Source: Euprymna scolopes
Lineage: Eukaryota
Length of the DNA stretch: 64,000 nucleotides
Assembly: GCA_053919585.1 (NCBI GenBank)
Contig: CM132792.1
Strand: one strand, 5' to 3'
Positions 36,293-49,477 of the stretch are shown in pieces (position 1 is the first letter of the stretch; the number at the start of each line of letters is the position of its first letter). Made by a program: the position numbers and the translations under genes. The notes beneath the pieces were generated by a model. The model ran no database searches, was not told the origin of the DNA, and worked only from the letters and a program-made list of their open reading frames with translations.

Positions 36293-37280
36293 TTAAGTAT
36301 AGAACCATTCTCGAAATAGAAAAATGCAGTTATTCCAAACAAAAAAAAAACAGCAGAATAAATCCAGTTAAAGTTTTTCCAGATAAAGAATCAATCCAGT
36401 CATGATCAGCGTAATGATCTTGTATCACGATGAAAAGATATTAAAGAATTCAAAGAGATTTAGTATATTTTATAAAGCGATTCTGGCACCCGATTGGTTT
36501 GTTCTTATCACCCATGGTTATAAATAAAATTGGCCAAATCTTTGGCCGTACCCAATTTATATGTCAAAAATATTACAACAAACTAAGTGACACATCTCTT
36601 ACTAATTTCTGTCACTATTCATCTTTCACTGCATCTTGTTTGATCCTCTGTATTTTGTACACTTTCTATTACTTTCACTTCCATCTCTCTCTATTGACAG
36701 TAAATTGTATTAAATAACAAAAAGATTAGAATATCATCAACTAAAGGGAACAGCATAATAAGTAGTAAAACTATCCTGCAACCAAAGTAGATAAGAGATA
36801 TGAGTAGAATGCGACTAATTTGGCATTTTGTCTTCATGGAATAAAAATCAATTTGCTTTGCCAAGTCATTTTTTCTGATTCAAAGAATCTACCCGAGCTC
36901 AATAGGTGACTCAAAGAGGTCACATTTTTTTTTTCTAGTATTTATTGAGACTTTTTGTCTATTAGGAGATCTTAGCATTAGGTGATTCAGACATGTTTTG
37001 ATATTTGAATGTCTGAGTGGTCGTATAAATATACATGAACTATCCTAGTTTTCATTCTAATTTTGATTTTTGAAATTTTATCTCCACTTCATCAGATATA
37101 AAATGTTTTTTCATCTGACATTAGTTGCATCATTTTATTTTAAATCATGCACACATGCACTATTTTTTCCTTTAGAATAAAACAAAAAATCTAAATTCTT
37201 CACAAAATTGAATAACGCACTATACATTTTGTGTATATGTGCATTGATTTGGTAATAATTTTATGATGAAATTGATATTG

Positions 37281-38074
37281 AAATTGAGCGCTGCTTGTGC
37301 AGAGTTCGCACTGGTAATCAGTGTGAAGACGACAGTTGCACCAGGGTGATGCATCACCAATCACCATCAATGGCCACGAACTAGAGACTGTCGAGAACTT
37401 TGCGTATCTTGGATACAAGGGAGTATCCATTGAACAGGAGCTACAAACACGCATAGGTAGAGCGTCTACTTTCAACCGACTACATGAAAGAGCATGGTTT
37501 AATAAATACCTCACTTCTCGCACAAAATGCCGCATCTACGAATGCTGTGTTCTGAGTACCCTACTGTATGGAGCAGAGACTTGGACCACGTATGCTCATC
37601 ACGAGAAAAGACTGAACGTCTACCATCTTCGATGCTTGCGACATATCATGGGCATCAATTGGTGGGATAGAATCACCAACGAAGAGGTGCTAAGACGTGC
37701 CGGCAGCCGTTCCTAATTCCAGACGCTCTAGATACGACGATCGCGCTAGCTTGGACACCTGCACAGAATGGCCGATGGCCGTTTCCCTAAGGATATCCTC
37801 TACAGCGAACTGACAAATAGATCAAGAAGCCGCGGTCGCCCGGTGCTGCGCTTTAAAGACGTGGCCAAACGGGATCTGATCGCTCTTGGTATCGATGTGA
37901 ATGTGTGGGAGGAGCTAGCCGAAGATAGACCAGCATGGAGGTGTGCCTTGAGTAAGGGTGGCGAAGGACTTGGGAACCTTTGGTTCAAGAGGCTGGCACA
38001 GAGAAGACAAAACTAGTGACTACGTTTACTGTTGCTTGCATTAATCTTTCGTAGATTGTTTTGCTATTATTATT
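37281..38074 (+). mobile_element. RTE-clade (BovB-like) LINE, 5'-truncated, with 62-bp target-site duplication
   Basis: LETVENFAYLG, VLSTLLYGAETW, RITNEEVLRRA, RMADGRFPKDILYSEL..RGRPVLRFKD; (TAT)n tail; direct repeats at 37219-37280 and 38075-38136. Confidence 0.93.
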
Positions 38075-39465
38075 ACTATACATTTTATGTATATGTGCAT
38101 TGATTTGGTAATAATTTTACGATGAAATTGACATTGTTCTTTATGACTTTCAACGTTGCTAATATCTTTTTGCTCCCATATATACCTTAAAAGAATAATT
38201 CTGATTTCCCTGGTTGAAATGAGTCATGGAACGTTTGCTATGACATAGAATATTTGATGAGAATATTGATGTATTACAACATATGAAAACTGTTACAAAA
38301 AAAAATAATATTTTAAAACCAAATATTTGTTAATAATAAAGTGTTTTGTGGATGATTGAAAAAAAGACAAAAAACAGTAAAAGTCATTGTATTCAGTTTA
38401 ACATCTGTTTGACATGATGACACTTGTTGGACAACTTTTAGAAATTGACTTCAAAACTAACTTGTCTCTGGCTAAATCTTTTTTTTTTTTTTTCACTAAA
38501 ATACATTCTTGTCACTTTCGTGTTTTCTTTGATCTTCCTCTATGTACTGAATTTATTTCAACTGTTCAGGGCTCTACATTGTGAGTGAAAGTCTCATTTG
38601 CGAGTGACTTTTCAAAGTGGCGACTAGAAATAATGAAACGCTTATCTTTTGCCGATTGCATTTCTTTCACTGACAATCTTCCAAAGCTCATTACTGAGTG
38701 AAAAATCTTTTCTTTTTTTTTTTTAATAAAAAACAAGTTTAATAGAACAATATACTTTTTTTTTTTTTTTTACGAAGTCTGTTTAAAAAAAACATCTGAA
38801 GAAATTAGAATTTTTATACCTTCAAGTATCAATATAAATTTGTTGTATATTTAGAATTACACCTATTAAAAAAAATACAGAAAAATATTTATGATGTACG
38901 TACTCGTCACAGAACGAAGATGTCATATTCTAAAAATCATGTGGGTTTGGCTAGTAACTTTCCTATTCGGCTAGTAACGAAACTATTTAGTTGTCAAAGG
39001 TCAACTAAAGATAAATTTGTCCATAGAACTTGCTGTTCTACATTTATTAACCCAGGAAATCTTATCCATTCTTTCAATGTGACCATATTAATGAAGTCTC
39101 CTTTTCTGCACACATCTTCTTATATTGTCTAAATTAAATCTTTCTCTGAGGTCATCAGATCTAAACTTGTTGCATCTGTTTTTGTTCTTGTCATTAGAAT
39201 TCATGTTAGCAGCACTAAAAAAATGTCATTAAAATAAATTCTAATTGGATAAAAACAACTGTTATAGCAGCACTAAAAAAATGCCATTTATATATTTAAA
39301 ACTTTAATATTGGAAATTGAATAACATTTAATTAAATCTATTTAAAAAGGCAAAATCTATTTATTGAAACTATACATAGAATAAGCCGACATTTCTAAGG
39401 TTTACACTGGAAATCCATTGTACAGTGATTGAAGTTGATATGACGCAACTTCATGTTATTAGTCC

Positions 39466-40083
39466 TCTATTATATAAAAGTGAAAATTTGTGTGTGTGTG
39501 CGCTTTTTTGTATGTCCGGCAAAGGCTTTTTTCGGGGGCGGGGGGTTTACCATTTCTTAGAACTTTTATATACTCCCTAGATTATAATATCTCCAATTTA
39601 CAAAAGGAAGGTGTATTTGAGTGACTTTTATTTTATAAAATTCCCGCTATTCTGCCTTCTCGCGTGTTCGTATAAAAGCGAAACTAAAGCGAAGGCATGT
39701 TCTTGGCCTTTTGGGTCGGGTGTCCAGAAAGCAATCAGCTTTGATCACTGTGTGGAAAACCGTCTTATCAGGCACTTGCTATTCATTTGCACACCTGGGA
39801 GCTGGGAGCGACCTCGTAGTGAAGAAAATGAATACCATGAGAGATTTCATTTCTTCGCTGACTCCTGACCTAATTATCACCGAGTCAACAGCTTTTGATT
39901 GACATCGCTAAATTTAAATGCTTTTTACTTCCTGTGTCGTTTTAGTGCAGTGGTAAGATCTTTCAGGTTTGCCACCTTTGCGTCACAGGTTCAAACCTGC
40001 CTGCCTACTAATACTTTTTTTTTTTTTTTTTTTCTTCTTTTACATCTCCAAACACCCCGGGCAATGCCGGACACCCCCACTAG
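39466..40083 (+). mobile_element. Non-autonomous Helitron
   Basis: TCTATTATATAAAAGTGAAA start; CCCGGGCAATGCCGG hairpin plus CTAG|T; homologous to 43067-43591. Confidence 0.82.
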
Positions 40084-40631
40084 TTGTCTTATAAAACACA
40101 TTTGCATTGGACGTTACAAAAATACTGGATACGTTACCATTTCCAAATTCTTTTGGTATTTATTGAATTATTCCACTCAAAACTTCTTTCTCTATGTATG
40201 TTGGGATGTTAAAAATCAATGTTTAAATCCCATTGCAAATGTTTAGAGACAGGAGTGATTTTATAAATTCTATTTACCTTTTAAGCCAAAGATTCAGTAT
40301 GCAAAGGTGAGGTTGCCTGTTGGTTAAGCAGACTTATGTTATCCGTTTTTTTTTTTTCTTTAAAGATATATTGAATTAATACTGAAACAAGAATTTCTAT
40401 TGAAGCAACTCTAACAGATGTTAGAAACTATTTAAACTCCTCCTTTCTGCTTGCTCTGATGGTTTTTTTTAAACATAAGCTGTTCATGACTATACATTTT
40501 GCAGGAACCTTTGTTTTTGCTGTATTCTTTTAGTTTTTATATTTGTCAGATTTAAAAATTACAAAGACTATAGAACTTCATTAAATTTCCTCTTTTTATT
40601 ACAAATAGACTTCAAAAGAATATACATGGTG

Positions 40632-40639
<8 letters not shown>

Positions 40640-40677
<38 letters not shown>

Positions 40678-41198
40678 CCCTAGAAATTTTTTTTTTTGTG
40701 CATTGATATTCATATTAAAACCCTTTTTTTTTATTTATTTAGAAAGAAAATACGTTGTTATATATGGGTCGTGGATTTTGCATTCATCTGCAAAAGGTCT
40801 AGCTAATTTTCATATTCTTTTAAACATTCATTTTAATCAATTCCCTATATTATTAAAAAAAATGAATAAAAAATAATTTGCCAGGTGAAGATTGAATGAC
40901 AGCATTATGAATATACATATGTAACGTCATAGCTATTGGTTCATGCTTTAGTTTTAGCCTTGCAGCAAGCATGTGTTCATAGCTCAGGAATTAATGTCAA
41001 AAGAAAAGGTAAATTGTAAGCTAAATGTTTTGGTTTCGATTCTCAGTGTTGGCGCACGAGTCTTTTTTTTTTTTTTTTTTTTTTAAAAACTTAGATCATT
41101 ACTATATATTGGGTCCAATATAATAAATACAAAATCTGCATAAATCAAAATATATTTAAGAGTATTTTACGATCGGGTAATGCTAGGTGGCCTGCTAG
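40640..41198 (+). mobile_element. Decayed Helitron-like element with tRNA-like segment
   Basis: (TA)n start; TAGCTCAG..GGTTTCGATTCTC..poly-T at 40980-41084; end CGGGTAATGCTAGG..CTAG|T. Confidence 0.5.
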
Positions 41199-43066
41199 TA
41201 TATATGTATATATTATACATAAGGATTGTATAAAATAATAAAACGCTTGAAAATTTCAAACAAATTTATTTTAATGTGAGATAGGACATCTTTGGATAGT
41301 AATCAGGATTGCAGAGTCGGACGGTATAAAGCATGACTAGTAAAAAGGATTTCAAAAGTTCTGATTCAGATTCCTATCATTAGAAAATATGACTCTTTTG
41401 AAAGTCTTCCAATATTCAGAATGTCTAATTTTTCGAAGATTAAAAAATCAGATGCTTAGCATTTTTTAAATCCCACTCCAATAATTTTTAAAACGTCTAA
41501 CTTTGCAACCTTTGCAGTAATTACTGAATGAATGTGTTGTAAAGTTTAAATTGTTTCCAAAGAAATTTTTTGTCTATTCTTTGGTGATAAATCTCCAGTT
41601 CTTGTAGTAATGATGATGATGGAGGATATCAACTCTGTTTTTCACCATAAATGTCCAATGATATTGATCTGAAGACTGTGGTGAATTTGAGCAGATAAAA
41701 TGCTTAGTCTTGCTTATTAATTCTGCTATAAAGTGAAACCATTGGGATGCCTGATTTTCAGATAATTGCAGACTTTGCATGTCTTTTAATGGTTTTTACA
41801 TGTATACTCGTCTGATGGTTTAAAAAAAAGTAAGGAAAGACTCATCCAAGAAAATAAGTCTTCCATTGCTTTAAAAACCAATTCTCTAGGTTCTGAATGC
41901 CTTGCAATATTATTTTTTTTTGTAATTGTTGTTCCCTGATTGCAGTTCTTGGTAAACAATTTTTATAGAAATTTGGTACTTTAATTACATAGTAATTTTT
42001 GGAGCTATCTTCCAGTATTCTTTCAATGAGGTTTCACTCTCTTTCTGAAATGATTCTATGCCTGAAATTGCAATATTCATAGACAGCAGACTCCAAACCT
42101 CTGAAAGGAAGCTTATTCTTTAGTATGTTGATCGACAAATGTTTCATACTTCCATATTTTTATCGAAATTGGTGAAATTGCCGATATTGATTGCCTGCTC
42201 TAGTTGGGGACCCATCGTAGTGCACCAGGTGGAAGCTTCATATGCGTCTCGCAGTGATTTAGTCCACCATACATTATATTGTATATTGCACTGTAGAGAA
42301 TCTGTTGATTTTATAACATTTTATATATATATAATGGCTTAAATAGAAGTTTAAAATACAAAAGTCAAGTATCTTCTGTTGTGCTTTAAATAAAAACATT
42401 TATTGCCAATTCAAATAAAAAAATGAAATGGCTTAAAATATCTTGATAATGGTATAGAAAGAGTTTGATGAGAAAGAATCCTTTAAAATTTTTTAAAGAT
42501 TAAAATTAAGGAAATAATGATTATTTTTGTGCTTTACATGTTTGGATATTTTTCCCTCTTTAAGACCATGTGCATTTTGTCACATTTTTTTTTTTTTTTT
42601 TTTTTTTTTACACTTTTTTCAGTAAAAATGTTATATCTTTGTTAAAACACAAGATCAAGCAATGAAATTTGCCGTATAAGTGTATTTTTGTGCTAGAAAT
42701 CAGGATGTGTTTTTGAAAATCTCCAGAAATTAATGATTTCCAAATAATCTGCAGTAAATGAATATAAATATGCTGCAATTCCTTAAAATAAATGTCAGTT
42801 ATCCATAAAAAGAAAAGAACTTAGAGAACTCACAGTTGAATTGTAATGCATTTTATGAACAACCAACTGAAATCTAAATCTAAAACTATTTAAAAATGAA
42901 TATATTGCAGTATTTCTTTGGTATTATTGCAGATTAACACCTTCTGTTACCCCCCCCCCCCCAATCTGACCATCTCTTCAAAATGTGGTTCTACATTTCT
43001 AGGCAATTACGGTGAACACCCTGAAAAACTAATGAAAGATAAACAAACTATTTTAGAATTTAATAA

Positions 43067-43552
43067 CTAACTGGGTGCCTGGTGTTTCCCGAGTGTTTGG
43101 AGGTGTGTGCTGTGGGGGGGGGGAAGTGGTAGTAGGCAGGCAGGCAGGCAGGCAGGCAGGCTCGAACCCTAACCACAAAAGAAGAAAAGAACGTAAAAAA
43201 ACAAAGTGACATCTTTGCCGTCTCACAAATGAATAGGAATTTTCTGATATGAAGGGGTTTTCCCACATTGATCAAAGCTGATTGCTTTCAAGACATGCCG
43301 ACCACGAAGGCCAGCGAGCTAATTTGATTCGATTCAGTTTCGCTTTATTTATGCGAAAGACAAACACTGGAAACCAGGTTTTTCTTTACAAAACTTGCTC
43401 AAAATAAATGTAGACGACGACCGTTCACAAATTGTAGATATTACAATCTAGAGAGTATATAAAAAGTTCTAAAATATAGTACCCCCCTCCCAAGAACCCT
43501 GGCGAAAAAAGCCTTTGCTGGACATATGAAAATGATGCATGCGTCCGTTTTG

Positions 43553-43591
<39 letters not shown>
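43067..43591 (-). mobile_element. Non-autonomous Helitron (minus strand)
   Basis: Reverse complement begins TCTATATA..AAGGCAAAA, carries (CCTG)n, ends CCAAACACTCGGGAAACACCAGGCACCCAGTTAG. Confidence 0.78.
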
Positions 43592-44483
43592 TGATTCCTG
43601 ATTTTTGTCATTGTAGCGTTTTAGGGCAGTTAACTATTTTTCTATGGGAGATACTTTTTTTTTTAAGACGATTATGGGTGGATTTAAGAGGGTCTTTGTG
43701 CAATTATGGGAGGATGGGGAGGCTTGCAACTCTGACTTTAGGTTAATGGTAGGACTGAGGAAAATTGTGTGAACATTCTGAAGACTATACAGAAACAAAA
43801 GCAAAACAATTTTAGAATTTAGAGTGGAGGTTGGTTTCACATAAATTTAATGTAAAATAATTCACCATTTCGAGGTCCTTTTAAGACAGTTAACCAATTT
43901 ATTTTTTGTAGAAGATAAATCATGTGCATTTTTTTACAAATCTATACCGAAAATGCTGTTAATTTTTATCACTTTATTTGCTTAAACCTCTTAAAATATA
44001 TAATGTACATTATTATGTATTAATTAATTTGAAAGTATATTCATTTTAAAACAAAATGTTGGTATTTGGAGGACTCGGTGTTTTGATTTTTAAAGTGTGA
44101 CTACTTCAGCAGTATCCTTTTGAAATCTGTGGTTATGTAAAGCGTTTTTTGTCAATGTGTTTGCTACATTCATTTCAAACGTGCCCTTCTCATATCAAAA
44201 AACCTGTTGATTTTCATATGGTGAGCATTTAAGCTCGTGTGGTAATAAAACTTAAATGCACTTGTGATGTTAAGCTGTGTAAGGTGTTAACTTTAATCAA
44301 AATGCCTGTTTCCTTTTTCATTGGATTATTTTGATTATCGATACTTATCAGAGACATTCTGATACAAAACCTATCTAAGAACATTGTCAGGCACATAAGG
44401 TACCTTTGTGAAATTTCATAAAATTGGCCCAGCCATTTCCGAGTGCATAGGGAAGAAACTCGCGAAGTTCCTTTTTATTTATT

Positions 44484-44553
<70 letters not shown>

Positions 44554-44748
44554 AATAAATAAAATAATGAAATAATAGCTATTTACAGATATGTACGAAC
44601 TTCACTACATTGGCATAATGTTTCAATCTGTAGTTAGTGTGTGCATTTTAGTTACAGAGGATAATTTGTATTTTTTCTCCAACTTCTCAAAAGGTAGTTA
44701 ATAAAAATGAATAAACTTCATTCATAAACTGAACATCCTATACATTAA

Positions 44749-44983
44749 CCTTTTTTGTACCAATGTTCCTTAAATGGAACATAGTTTTCAACATACTATA
44801 GAAATTGTAATTTTGCTTTAAATTCAATTTTTATAAATTATTTCTATTAAAATAGCTTCATTTTACTCCAGATTTATGAAAACTTTTATAAATTATTCTT
44901 ATAGTTATATTTAAAGCAAAATTACAATTTCTATAGTATGTTGAAAACTATGTTCCATTTAAGGAACATTGGTACAAAAAAGG
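44749..44983. mobile_element. piggyBac-type MITE, 235 bp
   Basis: TTAA duplication (44745-48, 44984-87); CC..GG termini; 75-bp perfect TIRs (44749-44823 / 44909-44983). Confidence 0.93.
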
Positions 44984-45083
44984 TTAAGAGACACTTTTCT
45001 TTGTCCTTATTCTATTCATGTATTTTTTTTTTAACTATGCATATTGCTTATACTGTCTTTTGATGATGCTCCAATGTATTTTC

Positions 45084-45466
45084 TGTAACGTGCATCCAGG
45101 AGATAAGCGCCCGCGTGTTTGCGTGTTGTGTGGGTACGTGGGAGAGACGGATGAGGGGAAAAAGACTTACCTCGAGACCAGCTCAGCGTTACCGACCAAA
45201 AATAGAAAAGAGGGACTAAGATGGCGACCGCCGTCTTTTGTAAAGTATGATGTCTCGCAAAGTCACACGAATTCTCGGAATATGCAAATTTAGCCGGCCT
45301 AGAACGACGATAAAAGCGGGTGAGGGGAAAGACGTGGGGAGTGACGATTGAGTTGGCTGGGGAATCGTGTGGCTGTTGCTTCTTGTGCCGTGTTGAGGAT
45401 ATCTTACCGTGTTAAAGAGAGAGTCGGGCGCCATCTTTAATTTTTCCTTACATTTTTTTTCTTACA
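45084..45466 (+). mobile_element. Solo LTR
   Basis: TGTAA..TTACA termini, 5-bp TSD TTTTC (45079-83, 45467-71), GC/CpG-rich against the AT background; orientation inferred from TATA-like GATAAAAG. Confidence 0.78.
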
Positions 45467-45871
45467 TTTTCATAAAATTGTACAGTTGTATTGCAAATTT
45501 TTTTTTTTATAAAATATCCTTTTAGAGAAATTCTGCTTTATTTGTAATTCAGAGAAAGTGGTATTTCCTCTAAATCTTTTTTTTTTTTTTTTCGCTCCTT
45601 CTCACTTCATCTATATCTTTCTTTCATCCACTTCTCTGTCTTTCTCATCTCTCTGAAAAAGTTAAATTTGCAATATTTCAAACAATTTTTAATGAGGAGG
45701 CTAGGGAAGGTAGAAGACTATTCTTGCATCAAAGAATTACTTTGTGACCTCTACCCTCCATGCATGGGTTTTCTCTGAAGATTAATTTTGTGTTTGTCCT
45801 TTGGATCAAGCATTTTTTAATGTTTAAACCTGTATTACACACCAAAAACTTAATTTGAACAGAATTTAATG

Positions 45872-46177
45872 GGTACTTCTGCAGTTTAAATCTCATTTTT
45901 CCATGAGTCTCACTTGGCAACACTCGACAGACGATGAAAACTGCCCTGAAAATTGCAGAGTGAGCTTATTCACTGAAAAACCGAGAGACAAGATGTGAGC
46001 GAGCAGATGACACCAAATTGGAAGAAAGGAAAGGAAAGGGAAGTTTAATTACAGTTAGAAAAAAGAAAAAGCAAAGTATCATTGTGCTTCAAGCAACAAG
46101 TTTTTAATCTTGTGACAATGAAGAAAAATGAACAACGGAGACTCATGGAAAAACAGGATTTAAACTGCAGAAGTACC
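45872..46177. mobile_element. MITE with GGTACTTCTGCAG termini and a distinct interior
   Basis: GGTACTTCTGCAGTTTAAATCTCATTTTTCCATGAGTCTC / GAGACTCATGGAAAAACAGGATTTAAACTGCAGAAGTACC. Confidence 0.85.
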
Positions 46178-46230
46178 TTTTAATGAATTTTAAAGCAAAA
46201 ATGAAGTTGAAACAATACTTTCAGTATTAA

Positions 46231-46261
<31 letters not shown>

Positions 46262-46266
46262 CACAC

Positions 46267-49146
46267 ACACTCCTGATCAAAACTTTAAGACCACTTGAAA
46301 ATCTTTCAAAGGAAACCTTTTTTTTTTTTTCTTTTTTAAGGTTACCAATACTACAACCTAAGTCTTATCTCCACTAGTTTTGATGGCTTCAAAAATTATT
46401 TGGGGCATGCTAGAAATAAGCGTTTCCATTAAGATGTAGATGATGTTGCTCCAGCTTTTGAAGATGGCTACATAAAGTTCATTTTTTTTTTTTTTTTTTT
46501 TTTTAATATCGTTTGCCATTTTGATTAAACATTTTGCTTCAAACTCTACATTGCCCCCCCCCCCCGATTTTCCTTTGCGGACTGACACCACACTAAATGA
46601 TCTGAAAATCACCCCTTCTCAGGTGCATGATATAAAAAAACTAGACACCTCAAAAGCATGTGGACTCTATCTTATCCCGGCTGTACTATTAAATAAATGC
46701 TCTGCTGAGGTTGCTCCAATCCTCTCCAAACTTTACAACAAATGCCTTAATGATTATTGCTTGACTGCTGGAAAACTGCTTCTTTGTTACCAGTTTACAA
46801 GTTACAGGAATTCTGGTGAAAGAACCGACCCATTAAATTATCGCTCCACTAGCCCCCTTCCTCTTTTTGCCAAAATATTTGAGTCCATAATCAAGCTCTA
46901 GTCCATCACCTTACTGTTGCTAAACTTCTGATCGACTTACAATATGGATATAGGAAAGCCAAGTATATCAGATACACCAGATATCCTAACTTTAATCTCT
47001 GAATGTATATATCATACACTGGACAATGCAGGGAAGGGTGGGGCAGTAGCCCTAGATATATCTAAGACTTTTGACAGGGTATGGCATGGTAGTTTTATGA
47101 ATATCAAATCATACGGTATCACTGGATGAATACTTAACATAATTAAATCCTTCTTAAATAAGAATTCAGGTTCTCGACTGTTGTACATCTAAACAATATG
47201 ATATAAATGCAAGTGTATCTTGGGTTGATGTTTGGACCATTATTATTCCTAATATTCATAAATGACCTCCCTGATAAAATTGTTTCTGAGATGGGTATAT
47301 TTGCTGATGACACCACGCTCTATAACAGACACGATGAGAAAACGAATAAACACATAATCTAAGGCAATGGCAGAAACATTAAAGGAAGACCTCCAATCTG
47401 TAGTGGAATGGGGACAAAGATGGATGGTCACATTCAATACTGCCAAGACTAAGCTTGTTTCCTTCAATAATTACAAGAAATCTTCTCAACCACCAATAGC
47501 TATGTTTAAAGGTACATTACCTGTAAGTACTTCTTTCAAACTTCTCAACTTAACATTCATAGGGAACATGAGTTGGAACCAATACATCGAGAGCATTACC
47601 AAGGTTGCTGTGAAGAAGGTGAACTCTCTCTCTCTCTACCATGCTAGAAAGTTACGCCTGAACGTATCCTGTACCTCTAAAAGGCCACCATTCGCCCATA
47701 TATCGAGTATTGTCACATTTGGGCTTGTGCATCTACTTGTCTCTCACTCCTGGACAGGGTTCAAAAGAGAGTCGCCAACCTGATAGGTCCTGAACTGTCT
47801 AAGCTTCAACTTCTGTCCCATCGACAGAATTTTGCATCCCTCTGCCTGTTTTACAAGTATTTTAATGACGAATGCTCTGACGAACTGAAAACACTTGTGC
47901 CCCCTCAATGTAAATACCCTTGACAAACCCGACAGCAAAGTCTCACCCCTACACAGTAGAGATCCCTAGATGTAAGAAAACCTTCTACTCTAATAGTTTC
48001 TTCCTCAGAACTGCTAGACTTTGGAATTCTCTTCCAGTTTCCTGCTTCCCCAGCTGTACTGACACACAGTAGTTCGAGTATAATGTAATCGGACATCTTG
48101 CTGCTCAACTCTCTACAACTTATTATCCTTGATAGTAGCCCCACACATCAAAGTGGCAATGTGCCTTATTTGGGGTGAAAATGTAATTTAAAAAAAAAAA
48201 AAAACTCTTGTCATCTATCCCCAAACATTTTCAATATGGTTCAATTCCATGCAGGATATCCCAAGAGATGGACCCCCTTTTCTTGCAGAAAGGTCAAGAT
48301 CCATCATGCAGCATGAATTGCAGTATTATCATGTTGAAATAACCATTCATTCCCATACAAACAATTGCCCTCCATCATCAACAATTCTTTTTGTAGCATG
48401 CTAACATAACCAGCTGCTGTCTGACGACCCTGCACCACCTGGAGCTCCATCATCCCTCTGTAAGAAAAGGCACCCCATACCATTAGAGACCCTTCATCAT
48501 TGACATGTAGAAAAAATATAAGGAGGCATGTTTTTTATGCCAGTATCATTGGAAGCCATCAGGACCGTCTAGAGTGAATTTTTTTCTTATCAGAAAACGG
48601 GACTTTATTTCACTTCTCAACACCCCATGTTTGGTATTCACAACCAAACCTTAAATGATTTCTTGTGATGTAGAAGCAGGCGAGGAATTTGTTTTTGCTT
48701 TTTATTTACCATGTCTTTTTGTTTTAAATGTCATTTAATAATCACGGGACTGCAATTAGCATCTGTGATTGCCTTAATTTGACTAGAAGAAAGTTCCATT
48801 TTTCACAACAGCCAGTCTTATTCTCCTACTCGATGCAGGAGATATTTTTTGGGGGCTACCAGTGGATTTTGTTTTCCCATGATTCTTACTCTTCTTTAGT
48901 TGCTAATCAGTTTTACTGTGATTTACTTTAGCTGCGATCGCCCGCTGTGACAAACCTTGCTCATGGAAATCTAGAATTCAAGCATGCTAAACTTTTGTAA
49001 ATTTGCATCGTGACACATTTACGCAGTGATTGCTAATCTGTAATTGAACTAAAAAGAAATTTATACTCCTGATCTTATAATTTTGATCAAGTGTAAAATG
49101 CCTCATTTTATCAAAATGTAAATTTCTGAATTAAATGTTTTGAATG

Positions 49147-49181
<35 letters not shown>

Positions 49182-49250
49182 TAACCTTTTAGGTTGTAGT
49201 ACTGGTAACCTTATCTATCCTTAAAAAGGGCTTCTTTTTAAAGTTTTTAA
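46267..49250 (-). mobile_element. Decayed Tc1 (DD34E-type) transposon split by a CR1 LINE
   Basis: C-terminus WSNI..LISSMPQIIFEAIKTSG at 46358-46480; FSDKKKFTLDGPDG, FQHDNTAIH, IENVWG at 48204-48600; inverted flanks AAGGTTACCAATACTACAACCTA / TAGGTTGTAGTACTGGTAACCTT. Right boundary uncertain. Confidence 0.72.
46504..48203 (+). mobile_element. CR1-type LINE (RT region to poly-A), decayed
   Basis: KLDTSKACG, DPLNYRSTS, AVALDISKTFDRVWH, FADD motif near 47300, WMVTFNTAKTK; poly-A at 48190-48203. Confidence 0.9.
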
Positions 49251-49422
49251 ACTGATGTGAACACTAGAATATTTCAATTAAAAGTCATATATAACCAGGT
49301 GAAATTATAGAGGAATAAAAGGCATCTCAAATGAGGTATAGCTTGTTTAAACTGTTAATTTTCAATTAAGCTTAAATTTGCAGTTTTGGAAAAAATGACA
49401 AGTGCGGACTTTTTTTTGACAG

Positions 49423-49477
<55 letters not shown>

